Shown here: positions 13,937 to 24,800 of the stretch, one piece after another
How positions within the stretch are numbered: the stretch's first letter is position 1
How the letters are laid out: every line of letters begins with the position of its first letter
Assembly: GCA_012295275.1 (NCBI GenBank)
Contig: CM022671.1
Location: 18,414,001 to 18,478,000 of the forward strand
DNA from: Chrysomallon squamiferum
Lineage: Eukaryota > Animalia > Mollusca
Direction of reading: 5' to 3'
Length of the DNA stretch: 64,000 nucleotides
The notes under the pieces: generated by a model
What the model was told of the DNA's origin: nothing
The model's database searches: none
The model's input: only the letters and a program-made list of their open reading frames with translations
Translations under genes and position numbers: made by a program

Positions 13937-16544
13937 AGACACACACACTCATTTTATACACACCTTGAATAAGGCATAGATAAACATATTATGACAAGTA
14001 GAATGCATTAAAAATAATCCATATCTTGCTGGTTTTAATCTGATAGCTGTGTACATAAAATGGCCAATAGTATTTAAGTGCCTAGAAGTGTCCCTTGAAT
14101 TTTTAACACACAAATCCACTTAAAAGTAAAACATTTCCAGTTTGATATACAACAAGTTATGCATCATATTATAAAAATGTTTTAATTCTTGGAACATTGT
14201 TTTGTTTTCACATTGTCAGTGATACATTTATTAATAATTATACCAAAAAAAGCCTGAGCGAAAATAATAAATAAATATGAAGAGTTTAATAATGACTTTA
14301 GATAACTTTATTTATATTTTAAAATTTTAAATCGGATAATTTTATGTCTTTTAAATCCAAATAAATAAATAAGAAACTGAAACTTAAACTGGGATAACAT
14401 ATAATATATGTGTGTCTTTTAATACAAAATGTTATAATTCAAATACTGAAGTTTAGAAATGGAGGCTGGTTACACCCAGAGAGAGGCTGTTAAAACCTTG
14501 CTGACACAGACAGAGGTCACAGAAATATGAGTTCTGATTGTGTTCCTGCGAACAAAAGCATCCATTCTCATCTAAATTTAACTGGGTAGCTTTCAGCCAT
14601 CAGCCATCCCTTAACCACCATTCATTGCTGTTACCCTCTGCTGGGTTTAATAATAAATACAGGGCCGTTGTGAATGTGGTAAGATGAAGTACCTAATGAC
14701 CCCTGTGGGGGTTTAATAATTGAAAAAAATCTCAGCCAAAACCCCCCCATCCTCCCCCCAAAAAATCAACACATAAAAAACCCAACAACAACAACAACAA
14801 CACACCAGCAATGTTGTTAAGTTTGTTGTTTAGCGTCTAAAAATATGTCAGTTGACCAAGCAGATACTAATTAACCCTTGTTAAAAATAAAGAACTAGTA
14901 TCGGGTGGTTAGAAGAACATACTAATTAACCTGTACTTTTCTTACCAACTCGACTAATCTCAGTCTAAGTGCCAAGACACTGTATTAAATTTACAGCATG
15001 GCTTGATTGAAAGGTGCTGCTTAAATAAATAAACATTGTAAATTGTCTTTTTTAATTGCCTTTATCTCTCTCTCTCTCTCTCTTTTAAAATGTTGTAATC
15101 CTTTTTTCTTTTTTTTTTCGTCTTTGTAAAACTGCAGTAAAGTTGTTTTTTGTTTGTTTGTTTGTTTGTTATCATTATGTTTTATACCTGTCATGTTTTT
15201 AAGTGTTATTTCTTCTTATATTTTTTTAATTATAACTTTTATTTTATTTAAAAATTTTACATGCTTTCTTGTTAAAAAATTTCTTTCAGTTGCCATCTCT
15301 TTTGTCCTCATTATTTTTAACAGCTGTACATCAAAGCTGTTTACTAATCTTTCTTATTTATTTATTTGTGTTATTTTTTTTTTTTTTTTTCTGTACCCAT
15401 CTTTATAATTAAGTGATTTTTTCTATATTATTATTATAATAATTATTTATTTATTTATTTATTATTTTTTTTTTTTAAGTAGCCATCTTTATAATCGTCT
15501 TTCTTTTTTTCTAGCTTATTTATTTTATTTCTTTATTTTTATTTATTTATTTATTTATTTGTTTTATCATCATTATTATTATTTTATTTTGATATTTTCT
15601 ATATTATTATTATCTTTTTATTTTCATTTTTTTTTTTCGGTAGCCATTTCATATATTTTTTTCCTTTCTTTATTGTCTTGTTTAGGTGAAAGTGACAGGT
15701 AAATAATAGTTCTTTGACAAATTCTTTTCGACTGGAAAACCATTCACTTAATGCCCTGCTAGCTATTTTATCCCGAGGATATCAAATTGAAATTGCCTCT
15801 AGTCATGCTGGTCACACAAATAAATCAATGTTTTATGGCGTGTCATGACGGAAGATAAAAAAGAAAATGTCCTTTCTCGGAAAGACTGGCCTGTAAAAAC
15901 ACATTCACTATTTATAGCTTTGGTTTTAAATTTTGTTCATCAGTGAGTGATAACTCTTAGCAATAATTAATGTGTTAAGAAATAATGGCGTATCGCACCC
16001 CAGATCTAAATTGTGTAAACGACTGTTGATTTTCCTGTCCTAATATTTCAGAATTATAATGCGTAACTGATGTAAGAGACCTCCACACATTTATGAAAGG
16101 GTGTTTCAAAAAAAAAATCAGGGGAAAATATTTCTAGTTATTTTCATACTGGAGTGACATGCAAAGTTATTTCATGAGGGCAAAAAGGTTGTCTTGTATT
16201 AGCAAAATCCTTTGGCATTGGTTCAATGAGTTTGTAAAGTATGAATATTCGTTTCCATGTGTCTGTGTGTGTATGTTTATGTGTGTGCATGCCTACCTGC
16301 CTGCCTGCCTGTGTTTGTTTTTCTGTACATAGATGTCTGTATGATATATTTCTCAGTATAATTATGAACATATGATAGTGTATTTGCCTCTCTGTTTATT
16401 TACCAAACAGCCACTTTTGAAATATTAAAGTCTGGTATGTACTTCCTTACTCCATCTTCAAAATAACAAAAATATGTCCATACTGAGAGGCATTCACAGA
16501 TATATACACAAACACAGAGACAGACAGACATACACACATATCTA

Positions 16545-16547
<3 letters not shown>

Positions 16548-16597
<50 letters not shown>

Positions 16598-16628
16598 TCA
16601 CTCACTCACTCACTCACTCACTCACTCA

Positions 16629-16663
<35 letters not shown>

Positions 16664-16672
16664 CCACACACA
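16548..16672. repeat. Compound (CA)n-(CACT)n-(CA)n microsatellite
   Basis: Seen directly. Confidence 0.96.
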
Positions 16673-18699
16673 CATTTAGTAATATATATGGATATACATG
16701 TACATACACGTACATACACACATATCTACACTTAAAGTTATAGGCAATACATATACATACCTAGACAAATACAGAAACAAAGATTAGTTTTGTATGTACA
16801 TTTTTAAAATTAATATTTGACATACTTCACCTCTGAGCTATTAAAAATATCTTATATTTTGTTACCTGGGGTGACAGAAAGTAGTTTAATTGTCAGTGAC
16901 CGATTTTTATTTTTTTATTATTTTTTATATATTATTTTCAGTATGATTTTTCACAATTTGGAAAGAAAACACTTAAAAAAGGTTTTATAGCTTTGGTGGG
17001 TTTTTTAAAGTTTATTTCATTTTTATAATTCTATAAAATCTTATTTAATGTATGATAATAAGAATATTTTATTTTTAAAAAAAAGCTAAAAAGTATTTTG
17101 AAAGTTTTTTTTTATTTTTATATATATATTGAAAAATTTGTAAATTAAGTAAAATCATAAGATATTTCCTGTTGGTATTTTTGTGTTACAAATAATTTGG
17201 TATTGAACAATATTAATTTCAAAAATTGATAAAATAATAATAATAAAGTTTAAGCAGAAGAAGTAATAATAATCATAATATGTATACAGGGATTTATATA
17301 TATATTTATGCCATCGATGGTAAGAATTGTAACAACAACAGCAATAATAAACCATAAAATAAAGACACAAAAAGGAAGAAAAAAACCAACAAAATCACAC
17401 CACAACAACTACTGCATACAGAAGAAAAGAAATAAAAAAATAATAAAAATAAGACTAAATAAAAAAAAATTAAAGATGATCCATATGTTGTCATAACCAG
17501 ACATTATTGAGTATGTGATCTTTGACCTGCTGTCTTGATCAGTGTTAGCCGTATAATGATTTTCCTCCAGTTAGAATTTATTTGGTAGCTGCAAGGAAGG
17601 AAGGAGTGAGCGAGTTGGCTGTCTGTCGCTTCAATTGATTTGTCCTGCTTTTTCATCAAATGTTGTGTGGTCAATTTGGGCTGCAAGCTAAAAAAAAAAA
17701 AAAAAAAAAAAAAAAATGTTAAAAATAATCTGTCAGCTTACACAACGTTTTTCTCAATTACATTCTGTCCGTTTCAAGTGAACATTTTCGGAAATGAAAG
17801 CTTTTCTGTTAAGTCGCACCAACATGGGAGATTATTTGAAATAATGGAAACGGTTTTGTGTGGAAGGTTTTTTCATCTGATTGCAATCATTACCTACAAA
17901 GACTGCGGCTTAGTGGTCAATTATTTAAAATATCAAGTTTTTTATTTTATTTATTTATTTTTCCTTTTTTTTTAATGACTGGATTGCAGAGTGGCCGTTT
18001 AAGGGTTGTCATTTGCAGCAGTTATCGAATCAGATGTTTTTTCGTGGCTGTTTTTAACTGCTTAGTTCAGAAATTTGTTTGTAGCAGTTTTTAAATGTCG
18101 TGTGTGTGTGTGTGTGTGTGTGTGTGTTCAAGTACATATATATTTATGTATGTATGAATGTAATAGGTATACATGCATGCATGAGTGTATGTAAATGTAG
18201 TTTGAATATATGTATGTTTGTATATGTTTGCATGATTATAAATATGTTTACTTAGATATATACATACATATGTATGGATGTTGTAAAGTACAAGAAGGTT
18301 TGACAGAGATCAATCACGGAGAATTAGTCTGAATTCCAGTCAAGCAATCACTCAACCTGTAACATATGAGAGACACTGCATCCCTGTAATTTGCATTTGT
18401 TCAGTGACAAATAACTGGTTTAGCTATGTGTTTGTCTTTGATTAGATGTCTACAGTAAGAATTTCCTTGCAAAAACACATCATTTTCTGTCTGGTGTTGT
18501 CTGACAAGAATGATTCCAGCACCATTCTGATATACACACTGGCTATATGTGTCTCATTAGGTAGTCATTAACCTTTGATTGAAGTTTGGGAGGTATGAGG
18601 ATCCAATGTTGGTGACAGTGAGATAAGGTTACACCTTACAGTTTAGAACATACAGGGACAGGGGAATCAAAACCTTGTGATTCTTAGCTTCAGGGATTG

Positions 18700-18900
18700 T
18701 AATCTGTCAACAGATGCATTAACTGTATCCTGACAACAGGTGCTTCAGTAGTATCTTGTCAACAGGGTCAGGTATTGCATCCTGTCAACAGAATATCCTG
18801 TTATGGAGAATATCCTGTCAACATATTTATGGAGAATATCCCATCAACATATGAAGGGATTGTGTCCTGTCAACTTTTGGGAATATTTTCTAACAACTGA
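18700..18900. repeat. Decayed array of about 26 bp with atcctgtcaacag motif
   Basis: Copies near 18704, 18730, 18756, 18782, 18813 and 18867. Confidence 0.75.
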
Positions 18901-19419
18901 TGTAGAGATTCTGTCTTGCTTAGGGTTAATTCATGAACAGAAATTAAAATACAGAAAATTCTATATACTACAGAATACTTTTTAAGTATTTGAAATATTA
19001 CTGAAACAAAATAGTAAAAGAAAAAGGAAAAAAAAAAAAAACACCCAGTCTCATAGTTGTTTTCACCAATAAAAATAAACAAATCCCCAATGTGAATTCA
19101 AAACAACAACAGGCTTGTTAATACAGTAATAGGAAAATTATATTACTCCAGGTTGCTGCAATTTGCTAGGGTTACAATGAAGAAGTGAAAGCAGCTCATC
19201 ATACATTTTGCTGGCATTCGCTGTAAATAGAGATATAAATAAATTAGTTAAGTACGCGAAGGTGGCTCTTGTGGTGAAGCTGATAGAGCAGATAGCTAAA
19301 TTAGCCTTGTGCGTGCATTTCATCGCATGATAAAACATCTGTGCGACTTTTCTGTGCTAACAACATTGGTATTACTAGGTCTTCATTTTCTGGGTTGCTA
19401 GCAGAAAGGAGCTGGTATA

Positions 19420-20130
19420 TTAAGGAGAGAGGTTAGTTAGTGAGTGCACTGTGTGCATCTAGTGGGTGTGGGCTGAAGAGGGTAATTAATTGTAGGAGCT
19501 GGTGTTGAGGTTAGGAGTTACAGGTTAGTTAATGTACTAGTTTTAGTGTACTACTACTACTAGGCTTGATATCAAGAGGTTGTTAAGGAATGTAGGTATA
19601 GGAGGTAGTACTGAGGTTAGAGGTTAGTGTTGGTAGTTCTCATTTCAAGAGGTTAATGTAATTGTAGGAGCTTGGATTGTGGTTAGAGATAAGCACAATG
19701 ATATCGGTGAACATCTACTTGTAGATAGGTTTTCAAATGTTATAGAAGAATGTTATCATAGGAGCTAATACTAAGGTTAAACGTAGCTGATATTAGGGTG
19801 AGCCTGTATATTTTTTTGGAGGAGTATAACTGAAGGAGTCCATGTAGGAGTGATACTGTTAGTTCACTTATTAAGGAGACATCTTTAATATGGCTTAAAA
19901 TCTTAGCAGTCGGTTTCATGAGATTCTGTGGAACATTTGAAGGAGTATATAACTGGAGGAGCCAAAGTCAGTGAAAGCTATGTTATGAAGGAGTTTGTGT
20001 AGTTTTGAAGGAGTGTAACATAAGGACTAATAAAAATGGTTTATAATAAAAGCTAATGATATAAGGAAGAGTTTGTAGAACATTTGAAGGAGTGTATCGA
20101 AGGAGTCACTATAAAAGAGTTCAGAGAGGT
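19420..20130 (+). repeat. G-rich, strand-asymmetric decayed array (gtaggagct...gaggttag / gaaggagt)
   Basis: Recurring taggag, ggttag and gaaggagt words, with gaacatttgaaggagt duplicated near 19931 and 20078. Confidence 0.7.
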
Positions 20131-20966
20131 TACTCAGTGCAGTTGTGAAATTGTTTTTTTTTCTAACAACTTCCAGCCTGTTCTCGTTGTGCTGGGTGTT
20201 ACACTGTTGACATTCAGTACACAACAACAACATCAGCAGCAGCTTTAAGCACCGAACATGTTTTTGTCATTACATACAACAGTGTTTTCAAAGACTGCCG
20301 ATTATAAAATGTATCTGCCAGGGAATACAAATCCCAGCAATAAACAAATAAATAAAACTGGAATGAAATATGCGCTTAAAACAAAGTATGTTAAAATATT
20401 GCAGATGTACGTTATTAAATTTTAAACATTATTTTTAATTAAAAAGATATGTACAAAAAGTAAATTAAAACCATAACACAATTACTGTTTTTAATTTAAA
20501 AACATTATGTATGAGAAATATAAATTTTATATACTGATGTATATTAAAAACAAAAAAATACACACTACATTTTCTTTAAAGAAATAACTATGCTGTAATG
20601 CATTTAGTTATTTAAATTACAATGATAAAAAAAAAAATACATAACAATAAAAAATAATAAAGACAGACATAAATTATCTTTCAAAGAATCTCAGATCAAA
20701 ACCGCATCTTTAAAAAGAAAAAAAAAATAGTTAAAATATGACAAATAAATTATTTTTAAGTATGTGAATAATGGCTTCCTACGGTACTTTCTTGTATACA
20801 AAAAGGACTGTGTCAAATATATACATGTTTCATATAAATTATTCATAGATTTTTGGAAAATCTTTAAATATGGTTTCATGGGAAGTTTGCCAAGAATGTG
20901 AAAAAGAATTAACAGGAATTGTTTCACGGATATCTCTTAATTATAAGCACTACAATAAAAGCAAAT

Positions 20967-20985
20967 TGATTTGTTTTAGGTAAGT
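20967..20985 (+). other. Candidate recursive splice (ratchet) site, ttgatttgttttAG|GTAAGT, junction 20979/20980
   Basis: An acceptor is followed immediately by a full-consensus donor, on the Musashi sense strand. Confidence 0.45.
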
Positions 20986-21534
20986 GCACTAAAACTGATA
21001 CCTCACACTGGATGGTGCTATAAGATGATATAATTACTTGAGGAAGAGCATAAAACATCCCAAATGTTTAAGATCCTGGTTACCTCGTTTACAATTAAGT
21101 TATGGGTGTTACATTAGGTTCACTCCAGGTTGAAGGATGCATCAGAAAGGTTCAGAAGGTAAATGTCAGTAAATTACCTGGATTTCTTGGGGTATTAAAT
21201 GACAGGTGTGTTATCAGCCTCAGTAATTCTTTTTAACTTTTAGAACGTGGTTCTGATGTCCAGGTGATAACATGATTGAAACAGGTGATTCCAGGTAAAA
21301 ACAGGAATGAATGAGTACACCCAGCACAAACTGATAAAGACAAAGTCTTGTGATAAATCTGAAAAATGCTGTTTCAGGGTAAAGCTAGATTTGAAATGGG
21401 TAAATTCATGGTAAATGAGCATATTTACGGTAAAATCATATCTCAAATGACTAACTTCAGGGTAAAATTATATTTGAAACCAGTAAATTCAGGGTTGGCC
21501 AATTTTGAACCCAGTTAACATGAAAGATAATGAG

Positions 21535-21815
21535 TTTTGTAAACAAAAGGTTTACCATTGTTGTAAACAAGGGAAATTTACCAATGTTCTATACAAATAG
21601 TTTACCATGGTTGTAAACAGGAAAATGTTACCAGTGTTCTAAACAAAGATTCACCATCATTGTGAAGTTTGATTAGGTTGTAAACAGGAAAGTTTTACCA
21701 TATGTTCTAAACAAAGATTCACCATGGTTGTAAACAGGAAAGTTTTACCATATGTTCTAAACAAAAAATTTACAATGGTTGTAAACAGAGATGCTTTACC
21801 AGGTCTAAACAGGAA
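21535..21815. repeat. Tandem repeat of about 50 bp built from two related subunits of about 25 bp
   Basis: ggttgtaaacaggaaagttttaccatatgttctaaacaaa is exact at 21676 and 21726. GTAAACA occurs at 21539, 21563, 21613, 21680, 21730 and 21781. Confidence 0.9.
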
Positions 21816-24800
21816 AAAATTTAACAGTCTAATTTGGTATGGTTATCGGTCCCTGCAGGGGGGATAATCAGGATGTTGAAGGGGGAGGGTTACTGGTATA
21901 GCAAACCTGTTTTTCTGTCCATTTTTATTATTTCACAGATTGTTTTTTAACCCCCTCATGCTGTCAGGAATCCCTAGTTAATCCAAAAACTTTGACTTGT
22001 GATTTTTTTTCCTCTTTTTTAAATTTTTTCTTCTATTTATTATTTGGCTATAAATAAGAAGAAAAGCTCCTTCTGTGACAGGGTTAGCATGTAGATGATG
22101 TTGGATACAAAAGGTGTACAAATCTCTGAGGTCAGAGGTCACCATCATAATATGTTGAATGTGTTCCGGTTCAGTTCACAGAGCTGATAAAATATGAACC
22201 TGCTCACTTTCTTTTTAACACACACCACAGCTCAGCATATACTCACTGTCTTGTCAAGGGTGTGATTTTTGTTTAGCCTTTTTCATGATTTTTGTTATAT
22301 TATAGATGGATTATTCTAATAAATAAATTAAAAGTATTTTTTCTTTTTTCTATCTTTTTACTTCTGTAAAGTATATGTGTGTGAGTGTGTGCAAGTGTCT
22401 AAAAATCACGCTTAAGAATTTAGTTAACATTTGGTTTGCCTGTGGTGTAGAAAAGGAAAAAAAGTCATAAATTTTCCGGCTGAGCTGTTCACTGATAAAC
22501 AATCGAGTGGAAATAAATAAATTAATAAGTTGAAAATAAAGAAAAGAAAAAATTCTAGCTGCTCAGAATACTGGAAAAGCAGTTTGACAAGTAACTTTTT
22601 GGGACAGTTAAGAATTTCATTTAAATATTTCTATTTATGCATTTACACTCTGTGTGTGTTTGTGTGTATGTGTGTGTGTGTGTGCAAGTAATACATGTGT
22701 GCGTTATGTATGAATATGTATGTCTGCCTCTATCTATTAGTTTGTATATTTGATTTGTATGTTTGTATAGAGGTGTGTCTGTATATTTATGAACAAATAT
22801 TTTAAATAGAAGAAAAAAAAAAATCAATGAACTATAACTGGCAGAAATATTTTGGAATAATGTAAAAGATATGTTTTAAATCACCTTCACTTTATTTTGT
22901 AAACCAGTCAAAATTCATATGGAAAGCAGGTGCTCTTTTTAACTGTTCTTAAATTATCATTCTGAATAATGCAAAACCCCTGTGGCAGAACAGGCTTTTC
23001 AAAAATTTTGTATTTATTTTAGTGAATACAAATCCAGGGTTGTTAGCAGGCAGCTGAAGAATTTTGATTAAAAACAGTTGAATTCATAATGATAATTAGA
23101 ACTCTGAGAAGAATTTATAAATTGTTTTTGTTGTTTTGGGGTTGTTGTTTTTTTTTCTCTTTTTTTTTTTGTGGTATGTGTGTTTAAGAGAATTTATTAC
23201 TGTGGTAAAAAAAATTAAGATAATATGTGAGAATAAAACCATTGTTAATATTACATATTAGCATCTGACATATGGAGGGAGAGAGAAAGAAACAGAGAGA
23301 AGGATGTACAAATTTGTATCTTTTAAAACCCTCACACAAACAATATCAGCAAGTGGATTAAAACAAATACATTAACATACCACTTTTTTTTTCTTCAAAG
23401 TTTGACACAGCAAAAATAGCTGGCATCAGCAAACAGGAATCATCCTTGCATTATGTATTAAATTGTCATCATGTTTCAGAGTTATTTATTGGACAAATAA
23501 TTTGAACTGACTAATAGAGATGATCTTTGCATAAAGCATTAAGATATCATTTTGTTTCCAGATCTCGACTGACCAATGAAAATCATTCTTGCATGATTTG
23601 GCTACATTCTCAGCCAATACTCTCTTGTTTTACAGTCACTGCTTAGTGCATTTCACATACTTGATAGTTATGATGTTAATAAAGTTTACTCATGCATTTT
23701 TGTTAGTTGCCTGTAACCTTTTATGGCTACTGAAGCCACGCAAGTTTCCAGTGGTGTCTTGCCACAGTTTTGTTTTACCCTTCTTCGTCTTGCTGACATT
23801 AACTTCTGATAGGTCTTTATGTGGCTCCTAATAAAAATCATTGATGTATTGTCAATTGTCATAAAAGTTTCATAGTGCTGTTAGGAAGTGAAGTACGAAT
23901 AATGGGAATGTGAAAAATATTTTTATTTCGTTTTGCACATTGGGTTAAAAAGATGTTGCTTATTTCTTGTGAAAACACCAGAAGTGTTTTGTTTTGTAAA
24001 CTTCTGAGGACTGGATATCTGTAATTAGTATTATGTTGAATAATTTTTTCAACCATTGTTAAATATTTGTAATTAGTATTTACATTTTATGTTTCTGTCA
24101 GTGGTTGTTGGATATCTATGATTCTATCTGTTCATTGCATTTTGTATTTCTGTCAGTGGTTTTTGGATATGAAAAACCGACTGCAAGAATACTTTTAATT
24201 TCATAATGTTGGTGTTTTGGGTGATGTATCAATATATGTTAGTAAAGAACAAATAAATAAAGTAAAATTATTTGGTTTATTTTTTTATTGCCATGATAAA
24301 AACAAATCACATTTTTATATTTATACTTTCTTCTTTTATTATTATTATTTTTTTGTTTTTCTTTTGCTTTCTATAATGTGCTACAGAATTTCCCTTGTTA
24401 AAGGAACATCTCAAACATTAATACATGTGAAATGTTTGCAGTTGTACACATAATTAATGGATGTTTAGTCTTCAGGCTGTCTGGTTCACTTCATGTTTCT
24501 TTTAAAAAAAATAAATATAAAAAATAAAGAAAATACTTACCAAAAATCACTTGCAATTAGAGAAACGGCTTGAGTTGTAATATTTGCTCAGTAAATATTG
24601 TGAACCAGACGTTGTGCTGAATGGAAATTAAAGCAGGCTGATTGGTTGGGAACAGAAAGTAGAAGATTTTTCTCTCTAAAGCGGAAGCTGTAAAAGATTA
24701 TTTTTCTTTTATGTGGATATTTAAAAACATTAAAGGGATTTGCTAAATAACCGCATTTGTTGAGTTAGTAAGCATGTTTACCTCTGCTGTGTTGTGTTGT

